Source: Octopus sinensis (taxonomy: Eukaryota). From it: a stretch of DNA of 37,296 nt. Shown piece by piece: positions 24,133 to 35,800 of the stretch. The stretch is from positions 1 to 37,296 of the forward strand of contig NW_021835927.1 of NCBI RefSeq assembly GCF_006345805.1, in the 5' to 3' direction. A program made the position numbers and the translations under genes. The notes below the pieces were generated by a model that searched no databases, was not told the origin of the DNA, and worked only from the letters and a program-made list of their open reading frames with translations. Each line of letters opens with the position of its first letter. The first letter of the stretch is position 1.

Positions 24133-24612
24133 CATCATCATCATCATCATCATTTAACATCCGCTTTCCATGCTGGCATGGGTTGGACGGTTTGACTGAG
24201 GACTGGCGAACCAGATGGCTGCACCAGGCTCCAATCTGATCTGGTAGGGTTTCTACAGCTGGATGCCCTTCCTAACACCAACCACTTCAAGAGTGTGTAG
24301 TGGGTGCTTTTACATGCCACCGGTATGAGGGCCAGTCAGGCAGTACTGGCAATGGCCACACTCAAATGCTGTTTTTTATGTGCCATCTGCACAGGAGCCA
24401 GTCCAGCGGTGTTGGCAACATCCTTGCTTGAATGTTGTTTTTCACCTGCCAGTGAGGCAACGCTGGTAACAATCATGCTCAAATGGTACTTTTTACGTGC
24501 CACTGGCATGGGAGCTAGTCAGTGGCCTTGGCAGTGATCGTGCTCGGATGGTGCTCTTAGCGCTCCACTAGCACGGATGCCAGTCATGCAGTGCTGTCAT
24601 CGAATTTGATTT
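24133..24612 (-). mobile_element. RTE LINE 3' UTR and tail copy
   Basis: (CAT)n-ttaacatccgctttccatgctggcatgggttgg... is the reverse complement of the tails at 12.3, 14.3 and 16.4 kb. Confidence 0.88.
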
Positions 24613-24657
24613 ACAATTATATATAATAGATATTTATATGATTTTATAGTCGTTTTT

Positions 24658-24675
24658 GTGAGTGTGCATGTGTGA

Positions 24676-24746
<71 letters not shown>

Positions 24747-24760
24747 TGAGTGTGTGTGTG
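24658..24760. repeat. (GT)n microsatellite
   Basis: Direct reading. Confidence 0.95.
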
Positions 24761-25278
24761 TTTAGATAAAATGGTTTTGGCAAATACAGATTTAAAAAAA
24801 TTTTTTTTTTTGCTTGTTTCAGCTCAGAGCTGCGGCCATGCTGATGCATCGCCGTTTGATATGTATACAAAGTATTTGAAACTAGTAGTTTATCCTGTTG
24901 TGACCTTAATCCGGTAACATTCAGATTACTCTGTCAAATGTAATTCTTATTTATCTACATTGTTTTGAATTAATCATGTATTATCTTGGGCTTTGAGATT
25001 TTGATGTGATTATATATTTTTAGAGTGGCATTGTAGAGTAGGTGTGAGAGGCCAGATCTGGTTAGTTTCAACATAAAACAAGTAGAATATTTGGGTTAAA
25101 TATGGTTGATTTAAATGCTAAAGGCTTACAGTCATAGCTGGATGATGAAGTTATACTAGGACAGCATTAAATTTATATTAAAAACAAAATGATGCTCCAG
25201 CATGGTCATAGCTCTCAAGCTGAAACTAGTTAATGAATTAAAGAGTTATAAATCTATATTGAAATAGTGACAAATTAC

Positions 25279-25415
25279 CGGAGTTCTATATCTTTTACTT
25301 CAGTAAATGTAACACCAACAGAGCTCAGGAAAAAGTCTACGACATCGGAGGTGAATGTAGAAGGCACTTCTCGTGTGACGTGAGCCACTCCATTCAATGA
25401 GAAGCTTACATGAAG
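25279..25415 (-). CDS. VPS13: VPS13A/C-like, most 5' coding exon visible (LHVSFSLNG...VDFFLSSVGVTFTEVKDIELR)
   Basis: Acceptor ttag|CTT, donor CG|gtaatt, 137 nt (phase 0 to 2). Resembles the VPS13 'LHLSVSL...LLKSIGATLTDV' segment and joins the next exon in frame. Confidence 0.88.
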
Positions 25416-26061
25416 CTAAGTAATTAAAAAACGAAAGAAAAAAAAAGAAACAAAAATACAAAAGAACAAATAATTAGTAGAAATGAATCAGTCGGAGGTA
25501 TTATCTGTAAGAGAAAATAATAGTTAAGGCACTGTTAACATATTTTGAGCAAGGAAATGATAAAACCAAAGAAGAAATAATTAAAAATTAATTCACTAAT
25601 AGTTAAATATCCTAATTAGAAAAATTAAAACCAATTAGATAGAATTAAAACTATGATAATACTAATTTAACTTCCAAGATAATTATGTGGTGAGAACAAA
25701 ACAAAAAAGACAATATATGAATTAGCCAAAAAATATTTATTTTAATTATTCTATTTAATTAATTTTGTTATATTATTTTGTTATTAATATTTTAATTATT
25801 CATATTATATAATTCAACACCTTGGTTAAAGCAGTAACTAAAGCAACAACAAGATAATAACACGTTTCTTGTATAAGTGGGTGTATAAACATGTAGATTA
25901 ATTACACATTAAACAAATGAACTATCTGCCTGTCATATTAATTTTAGATATAATAATATAGCTTATAAAACAGTTTTAAATCTTACCTTTAATGGAGATA
26001 AATGTAGGTACTCAAAAAATATTTTAGAATTCAGGTCAGTTCTCTGGAGGAAAAGATAAAC

Positions 26062-26064
<3 letters not shown>

Positions 26065-26145
<81 letters not shown>

Positions 26146-26197
26146 ATGTGTGTGGTGTGTGTGTGTGTATATATATATAAATATAAATGTGTGTGTA

Positions 26198-26240
<43 letters not shown>
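26065..26240. repeat. (TA)n/(GT)n microsatellite cluster
   Basis: Direct reading. Confidence 0.95.
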
Positions 26241-26327
26241 GCCACACACATATATGCATTGAAACATGCATACACTTACATATATATATCAGCAAACATA
26301 TACATATGATACACTTACATGTATATA

Positions 26328-27361
26328 TTAGGGTGTTCAGAAGGTAATTGTGTTTTTTCACTACTATGAAATATGAACCAACCAATCACATCAGAGCCAA
26401 GATAAAATGGGAAAGTAACTGTCTAGAAATAATATGACATCTCTTTTCTTTGGCAGTGTGTCATTCATAGTTATTTTGGTAATTAACGCGATGGAGGATA
26501 AGAACTTTATGAAACAACATATTCACTATTGCTTACAGTAGGAGTTTTGAAAGAAAAGTATTGCTACAGAAGCAATGGAAAACATTTTTGAAGTGTATCC
26601 AGATGCAGTTAATGCTCATATATGTAAGCTATGGTTTAAAAAGTTTAAAGATGGTGATTGAGGCATGTCCAACAAGCCTCACTCTGGAAGATGACCCACT
26701 TTGAATGACAGCCTTTTGAATGAGGCTATTGTCCGAGATCCATGTCAAAGCACCAGAGATTTGGCATGAAAATTCAGTGTGTCATGTTCAACTATCCACA
26801 AATATCTTAAGCAAATTGGTGAAAACATGCAAAGAGGGAATTTGGGTTCCACAGTAGTTTCCGCTTGAGAACCAAACACAGTGTTCCACTGTCTACAGCA
26901 GTCTTCTAACCAGGATTGACAACCTGTCATTCTGCAGCACATTGTTACAGGTGATGAAAAATGGGTTTTGCATCACAACAGAAAAGGAAAAAGACGATGG
27001 TTATCATGTAACGAGAGGCCAGTACCAACACCAAAACCAGAACTCCATCCACAAAAATCTTTGCTCTGTGTTTGGTGGAACATGGAAGGTATCGTTCATT
27101 ACGAGCTCCTGGAACATGGAAGAACCATCAATGCAAATGTCTAATACAAACAACTTGATCATGTAAATGAAAAATTATGTCAAAAGTGGCCAGCTTCAGT
27201 AAAGAGAAAAGGTGTTATTCTCCAGCATGACAATACATGGCCACACTCTTCAAAACAAACGCAAGGAAAATAAGTCGTTAGGATGGAAAGTTCTTCCACA
27301 GCCTCCATACTCACCTGACTTAGCACCTATGGTTTTCCATCTGTTTAGATCACTAGAAAAC
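26328..27361 (+). pseudogene. Mariner (Tc1/mariner, DD34D-type) transposon, left TIR plus disrupted transposase, right end missing
   Basis: TIR-like ttagggtgttcagaaggtaattgtg after TA. ATG at 26491. Motifs WVPQ (WVPHEL-like), IVTGDEKW, LQHDN, PPYSPDLAP. Multiple stops and frameshifts. Confidence 0.92.
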
Positions 27362-27567
27362 GATGGTGATGACATTTTTGATTAAAATTATTCAGATCAT
27401 GGCGGTGCCCCAGCATGGCCACAGCTCATGAGCTGAAACTAGAATCAATCAATCAATGTAGTTTACATTTGTTATTATATCCTTTCTGGTAAAATGCAAT
27501 TATTAGCAAACATATACAGATACTAAACAGCCCATGCAAGCCAGGGAAAAGTAACCGTATATATGTA

Positions 27568-28590
27568 TCATCATCATTGTTTAACATCCATTTTCTATTC
27601 TGGCATGAGTTGGAGTTTGACAGGAGCTGTCCAGACTCCAATTGTCTGTTTAGGCGTGGTTTCCCTAGCTGGATGCCCTTCCTAGTGCCAGCCACTGCAC
27701 AGATTGTGCTGGGTGTTTTTCATCTGACACCAATATGGGTATATTTACACAGCACTGGCAAGAGTGCATTTGATATAACACAAATGCATTTAACATGCTT
27801 GTATGGATGGATGACACTGGTTTTACTTAGCTTGATGCCTCTTTTCAAGTACAGCAAATCACCACAACTCCCAGCTACCTTGTCATTTCTTCAGTGAGGC
27901 TCAACATCTGAAGATCCTTTCACACCACTTCATCCACATCTTCCTGGGTTCCCGTCACAATTAGAAATTCACACTTCTTTAAGCAGCTGTCCTTATCCAT
28001 ATGCATTACATGACCAAACCAGCACGGTCTTTTCTCTTGCACACATCATCTGATATCTCTTATACCCAGTTCTCCTCTTAAATCATTTACACTCTGTTGT
28101 GTGTGCACATTAATATTACTCATTCAGAAGAGTATGCTAGCTTCATTTCTTTTAAGCCTTCTCAAGTCCTCTGTAGTGATAGCCTATGTTTCACTGCCAT
28201 ATAGCATAGCTGTACGAACACAGACATCATACAATCTGCCTTTCACTCTGAGTTATCAACAAAAACAGCTCTCTGAATTTTGCCCATTTTTATTCTAGCA
28301 ACTATGCTTTCAGTACTTTCTACTCCATTGCAAACTTGGTCAACTGAGTAACAAGCTATCAACTACTTCTAAGGATTTCCTTGAGCATTTGAGGAAGTCT
28401 TTTGCCTGCGCAGTTTTTGTGCATAATGTAATCACACATTTGCCACACACAAAGATTATTTACTCTGTTAATGTTCTTGTGATACTACAAAACCGCTTAT
28501 GTGTCCAAAGTTTGTACTGTGTACAATGTATGGAATTTATACCAACATCCTTTTTACAAATTGAACAGGGTCATCACTCTGAAAGTACTT
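27568..28590 (-). mobile_element. Decayed RTE LINE 3' fragment (Cys-rich region, ORF C-terminus, tail)
   Basis: Minus-strand CSICKKDVGINSIHCTQYKLWTHKR-like segment. (CAT)n tail and 'agctggatgcccttcct' motif on plus. Confidence 0.8.
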
Positions 28591-28654
28591 ACACATACAC
28601 ATTTTGTATAATTCCAACCATACTAGCATTATATGTGTACATATTACATATGTA

Positions 28655-28711
<57 letters not shown>

Positions 28712-28718
28712 TATATAT

Positions 28719-29830
28719 CATCATCATCATCATCATCATCATTTAGCGTCCGTTTTCCATGCTAGCATGGGTTGGACGGTTCAACTGGGGTCTGTGAAGC
28801 TGGAAGGCTTCATCAGGCCCAGTCAGATCTGGCAGTGTTTCTACGGCTGGATGCCCTTCCTAACGCCAACCACTCCGTGAGTGTAGTGGGTGCTTTTTAC
28901 GTGCCACCCGCATAGGTTCCAGACAGAGCTGGCAAACGGCCACGAACGGATGGTGCTTTTACGTGTCACCGGCACGGGGGCCAGGCGAGGCTGGCAATGG
29001 ACATGAACGGATGGTGCTTTTATGTGCCACCGGCACGGGAGCCAAGCGAGGCTGGCAACGGACATGAACGGATGGTGCTTTTACGTGCCACCAGCACGGA
29101 GGCTAGATGGGGCGGCACCGGCAACGACCACGATCGGATGGTTCGCTTAACCACAGCTGCAATTTCCACTGATGTTGATCGACCTCAATTTTGGTTCTGC
29201 TTTCTGATATATGATTTGATTTGGTTTGATTTTGATTTTGATTTTGACTGTTCTCACTGGTCTTGCCGGGTCTTCTCACGCACAGCACTTCCATAGGTCT
29301 CGGTCTCTGGTCATTTCCTTGGTGAGACCTAAAGTTCGAAGGTCGTGCTTCACCACCTCTTCCCAGGTTTTCCTGGGTCTACCTCTTCCACAGGTCCCCT
29401 CAACTGCCAGTGTGCCAACGTTGAGGGTGCCAACCCTGAGGAAGTGGGAGGCAATCGACCTAGTAGCATCATGAACCTGAAAAGAAAACTCGCATTTGGC
29501 AGTATTCATAGACAAACAATAAAACTCAAGTCCAAACCGCGTACATTACACCAAACATATCTTGCAATGAATGACCACTACCTTTTATGGAAGGAGGAGC
29601 AGGTGGCGTAAGACTTTGAAGTGGGCATAGGAGACAACAGGGATGCGAAGTGTACATGGGAGACAACAAGGATGAGAAAATTTAGGACTTCCTGTAGCGG
29701 TGGGGGCAGCGTAAGACTTTGAAGTGTACATGGGAGACAACAAGGAGGAGAAAATTTAAGGCTTCCTGTATCGGTGGAGGGGGTGGGAGGGCGGGCACAC
29801 TCCACGTGAAAAATTATCCAGCCATGCGAC
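28719..29830 (-). mobile_element. Internally deleted RTE-clade LINE derivative: probable 5' UTR, APE N-terminus fused to the ORF C-terminus, 3' UTR and (ATG)n tail
   Basis: Minus-strand translation ...LRVGTLNVGTL|AVEGTCGRGRPRKTWEEVVKHDLRTLG. The 3' UTR and tail are shared with the other copies in the window. The 5' boundary is inferred. Confidence 0.8.
29779..29808 (+). promoter_or_regulatory. G-quadruplex motif with an overlapping GC box, plus an E-box
   Basis: GGGGG-T-GGG-A-GGG-C-GGG (29779-29795), GGGCGG (29789-29794), CACGTG (29803-29808). Function is unproven. Confidence 0.45.
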
Positions 29831-29831
29831 A

Positions 29832-32800
29832 TGTAAGATTATAAATATGTATTCCATATTTAACGGAACTCCTAGAGGGGAAAACTTATATAAAATAGTA
29901 AGGACCTGTAAGATTATAACTATGTATTCCATATTTAACGGCACTCCTAGAGGGGAAAACTTATATAAAATAGTAAGGACCTGTAAGATTATAAATATGT
30001 ATTCCATATTTAACGGCACTCCTAGATGGGAAAACTTATATAAAATAGTAAGGACCTGTAAGATTATAAATATGTATTCCATATTTAACGGTGCTCCTCG
30101 AGGGGAAAACTTATATAAAATAGTAAGGACCTGTAAGATTATAACAATGTATTCCATATTTAACGGCGCTCCTAGAGGGGAAAACTTATATAAAATAGTA
30201 AGGACCTGTAAGATTATAACTATGTATTCCATATTTAACGGCGCTCCTAGAGGGGAAAACTTATATAAAATAGTAAGGACCTGTAAGATTATAAATATGT
30301 ATTCCATATTTAACGGCACTCCTAGATGGGAAAACTTATATAAAATAGTAAGGACCTGTAAGATTATAAATATGTATTCCATATTTAACGGTGCTCCTCG
30401 AGGGGAAAATCTTATAAAATAGTAAGGACCTGTAAGATTATAACTATGTATTCCATATTTAACGGCGCTCCTAGGGGGAAAACTTATATAACATAGTAAG
30501 GACCTGTAAGATTATAAATATGTATTCCATATTTAACGGCGCTCCTAGAGGGGAAAACTTATATAAAATAGTAAGGACTGTAAGATTATAAATATGTATT
30601 CCATATAACGGCGCTCCTAGAGGGGAAAACTTATATAAAGTAAGGACCTGTAAGATTATAAATATGTATTCCATATTTAACGGCACTCCTGGAGGGGAAA
30701 ATTTATAAAATAGTAAGGACCTGTAAGATTATAAATATGTATTCCATATTTAACGGCGCTCCTAGAGGGGAAAACTTATATAAAATAGTAAGGACCTGTA
30801 AGATTATAAATATGTATTCCATATTTAACGGCACTCCTGGAGGGGAACACTTATATAAAATAGTAAGGACCTGTAAGATTATAAATATGTATTCCATATT
30901 TAACGGCGCTCCTAGAGGGGAAAACTTATATAAAATAGTAAGGACCTGTAAGATTATAAATATGTATTCCATATTTAACGGAACCTCTAGAGGGGAAAAC
31001 TTATATAAAATAGTAAGGACCTGTAAGATTATAACTGTATTCCATATTTAACGGCACTCCTAGAGGGGAAAACTTATATAAAAAGTAAGGACCTGTAAGA
31101 TTATAAATATGTATTCCATATTTACGGCACTCCTAGATGGAAAAATTATATAAAATAGTAAGGACCTGTAAGATTATAAATATGTATCCATATTTAACGG
31201 CGCTCCTAGGGGAAAACTTATATAAAATAGTAAGGACCTGTAAGATTATAAAATGTATTCCATATTTAACGGCGCTCCTAGAGGGGAAAACTTATATAAA
31301 ATAGTAAGGACCTGTAAGATTATAAATATGTATTCCATATTTAACGGCGCTCCTAGAGGGGGAAAACTATATAAAATAGTAAGGACCTGTAAGATTATAA
31401 ATATGTATTCCATATTTAACGGCACTCCTAGATGGGAAAACTTATATAAAATAGTAAGGACCTGTAAGATTATAAATATGTATTCCATATTTAACGGTGC
31501 TCCTCGAGGGAAATCTTATATAAAATAGTAAGGACCTGTAAGATATAACTATGTATTCCATATTTAACGGCGCTCCTAGAGGGGAAAACTTATATAAAAT
31601 AGTAAGGACCTGTAAGATTATAACTATGTATTCCATATTTAACGGCGCTCCTAGAGGGGAAAACTTATATAAAATAGTAAGGACCTGTAAGATTATAAAT
31701 ATGTATTCCATATTTAACGGCGCTCCTAGAGGGGAAAACTTATATAAAATAGTAAGGACCTGTAAGATTATAAATATGTATTCCATATTTAACGGCACTC
31801 CTGGAGGGGAAAACTTATATAAAATAGTAAGGACCTGTAAGATTATAAATATGTATTCCATATTTAACGGCGCTCCTAGAGGGGAAAACTTATATAAAAT
31901 AGTAAGGACCTGTAAGATTATAAATATGTATTCCATATTTAACGGCACTCCTAGAGGGGAAAACTTATATAAAATAGTAAGGACCTGTAAGATTATAAAT
32001 ATGTATTCCATATTTAACGGCGCTCCTAGAGGGGAAAACTTATAAAATAGTAAGGACCTGTAAGATTATAAATATGTATTCCATATTTAACGGCACTCCT
32101 AGAGGGGAAAACTTATATAAAATAGTAAGGACCTGTAAGATTATAAATATGTATTCCATATTTAACGGCGCTCCTAGAGGGGAAAACTTATATAAAATAG
32201 GAAGGACCTGTAAGATTATAAATATGTATTCCATATTTAACGGCACTCCTAGAGGAGAAAACTTATATAAAATAGTAAGGACCTGTAAGATTATAAATAT
32301 GTATTCCATATTTAACGGCACTCCTAGAGGGGAAAACTTATATAAAATAGTAAGGACCTGTAAGATATAAAATGTATTCCATATTAACGGCGCTCCTAGA
32401 GGGGAAAACTTATATAAAATAGTAAGGACCTGTAAGATTATAAATATGTATTCCATATTTAACGGCGCTCCTAGAGGGGAAAACTTATATAAAATAGTAA
32501 GGACCTGTAAGATTATAAATATGTATTCCATATTTAACGGCACTCCTAGAGGGGAAAACTTATATAAAATAGTAAGGACCTGTAAGATTATAAATATGTA
32601 TTCCATATTTAACGGCACTCCTAGAGGGGAAAACTTATATAAAATAGTAAGGACCTGTAAGATTATAAATATGTATTCCATATTTAACGGAACTCCTAGA
32701 GGGGAAAACTTATATAAAATAGTAAGGACCTGTAAGATTATAAATATGTATTCCATATTTAACGGCACTCCTAGAGGAGAAAACTTATATAAAATAGTAA

Positions 32801-35800
32801 GGACCTGTAAGATTATAAATATGTATTCCATATTTAACGGAACTCCTAGAGGGGAAAACTTATATAAAATAGTAAGGACCTGTAAGATTATAACTATGTA
32901 TTCCATATTTAACGGCACACCTAGAGGGGAAAACTTATATAAAATAGTAAGGACCTGTAAGATTATAAATATGTATTCCATATTTAACGGCACACCTAGA
33001 GGGGAAAACTTATATAAAATAGTAAGGACCTGTAAATTTTAAATATGTATTCCATATTTAACGGCACTCCAAGAGGGGAAAACTTATATAAAATAGTAAG
33101 GACCTGTAAGATTATAAATATGTATTCCATATTTAACGGCGCTCCTAGATGGGAAAACTTATATAAAATAGTAAGGACCTGTAAGATTATAAATATATAT
33201 TCCATATTTAACGGCACTCCTAGAGGGGAAAAATTATAAAATAGTAAGGACCTGTAAGATATTAAATATGTATTCCATATTTAACGGCGCTCCTAGAGGG
33301 GGGAAAACTTATATAAAATAGTAAGGACCTGTAAGATATAAATATGTATTCCATATTTAACGGCACTCCAAGAGGGGAAAACTTATATAAAATAGTAAGG
33401 ACCTGTAAGATTATAAATATGTATTCCATATTTAACGGCGCTCCTAGAGGGGAAAACTTATATAAAATAGTAAGGACCTGTAAGATTATAAATATGTATT
33501 CCATATTTAACGGCACTCCTAGAGGGGAAAACTTATATAAAATAGTAAGGACCTGTAAGATTATAAATATGTATTCCATATTTAACGGCACTCCTAGAGG
33601 GGAAAACTTATATAAAATAGTAAGGACCTGTAAGATTATAAATATGTATTCCATATTTAACGGCACTCCTAGAGGGGAAAACTTATATAAAATAGTAAGG
33701 ACCTGTAAGATTATAAATATGTATTCCATATTTAACGGCGCTCCTAGATGGGAAAACTTATATAAAATAGTAAGGACCTGTAAGATTATAACTATGTATT
33801 CCATATTTAACGGCACACCTAGAGGGGAAAACTTATATAAAATAGTAAGGACCTGTAAGATTATAAATATGTATTCCATATTTAACGGCAATCCAAGAGG
33901 GGAAAACTTATATAAAATAGTAAGGACCTGTAAGATTATAAATATGTATTCCATATTTAACGGCGCTCCTAGATGGGAAAACTTATATAAAATAGTAAGG
34001 ACCTGTAAGATTATAAATATATATTCCATATTTAACGGCACTCCTAGAGGGGAAAACTTATATAAAATAGTAAGGACCTGTAAGATATTAAATATGTATT
34101 CCATATTTAACGGCGCTCCTAGAGGGGAAAACTTATATAAAATAGTAAGGACCTGTAAGAATATAAATATGTATTCCATATTTAACGGCACTCCAAGAGG
34201 GGAAAACTTATATAAAATAGTAAGGACCTGTAAGATTATAAATATGTATTCCATATTTAACGGCGCTCCTAGATGGGAAAACTTATATAAAATAGTAAGG
34301 ACCTGTAAGATTATAACTATGTATTCCATATTTAACAGCACTCCTGGAGGGGAAAACTTATATAAAATAGTAAGGACCTGTAAGATTATAAATATGTATT
34401 CCATATTTAACGGCGCTCCTAGAGGGGAAAACTTATATAAAATAGTAAGGACCTGTAAGATTATAAATATGTATTCCATATTTAACGGCACTCCAAGAGG
34501 GGAAAACTTATATAAAATAGTAAGGACCTGTAAGATTATAAATATGTATTCCATATTTAACGGCGCTCCTAGAGGGGAAAACTTATATAAAATAGTAAGG
34601 ACCTGTAAGATTATAAATATATATTCCATATTTAACGGCGCTCCTAGAGGGGAAAACTTATATAAAATAGTAAGGACCTGTAAGATTATAAATATGTATT
34701 CCATATTTAACGGCGATCCTAGAGGGGAAAACTTATATAAAATAGTAAGGACCTGTAAGATTATAAATATGTATTCCATATTTAACGGCACTCCTAGAGG
34801 GGAAAACTTAATAAAATAGTAAGGACCTGTAAGATTATAAACATGTATTCCATATTTAACGGCGCTCCTAGAGGGGAAAACTTATATAAAATAGTAAGGA
34901 CCTGTAAGATTATAAATATGTATTCCATATTTAACGGCGCTCCTAGAGGGGAAAACTTATATAAAATAGTAAGGACCTGTAAGATTATAAATATGTATTC
35001 CATATTTAACGGCGCTCAAAGAAGGGAAAACTTATATAAAATAGTAAGGACCTGTAAGATTATAAATATATATTCCACATATAACGGCGCTCCTAGAGGG
35101 GAAAACTTATATAAAATAGTAAGGACCTGTAAGATTATAAATATGTATTCCATATTTAACGGCGCTCCTAGAGGGGAAAACTTATATAAAATAGTAAGGA
35201 CCTGTAAGATTATAAATATGTATTCCATATTTAACGGCGCTCCTAGAGGGGAAAACTTATATAAAATAGTAAGGACCTGTAAGATTATAAATATGTATTC
35301 CATATTTAACGGCGCTCCTAGAGGGGAAAACTTATATAAAATAGTAAGGACCTGTAAGATTATAAATATGTATTCCATATTTAACGGCGCTCCTAGAGGG
35401 AAAACTTATATAAAATAGTAAGGACCTGTAAGATTATAAATATGTATTCCATATTTAACGGCACTCCTAGAGGGGAAAACTTATATAAAATAGTAAGGAC
35501 CTGTAAGATTATAAATATGTATTCCATATTTAACGGAACTCCTAGAGGGGAAAACTTATATAAAATAGTAAGGACCTGTAAGATTATAAATATGTATTCC
35601 ATATTTAACGGCACTCCTAGAGGGGAAAACTTATATAAAATAGTAAGGACCTGTAAGATTATAAATATGTATTCCATATTTAACGGCACTCCAAGGGGGG
35701 AAAACTTATATAAAATAGTAAGGACCTGTAAGATTATAAATATGTATTCCATATTTAACGGCGCTCCTAGATGGGAAAACTTATATAAAATAGTAAGGAC

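Noticed and set aside
28560-28600. ctttcag acceptor near 28590 as another VPS13 exon
   Set aside because: The downstream sequence translates as the RTE Cys-rich region with stops, not VPS13.
29870-29925. Two TATA-box matches per satellite monomer
   Set aside because: Expected by chance in about 68% AT sequence, and there is no other promoter evidence.
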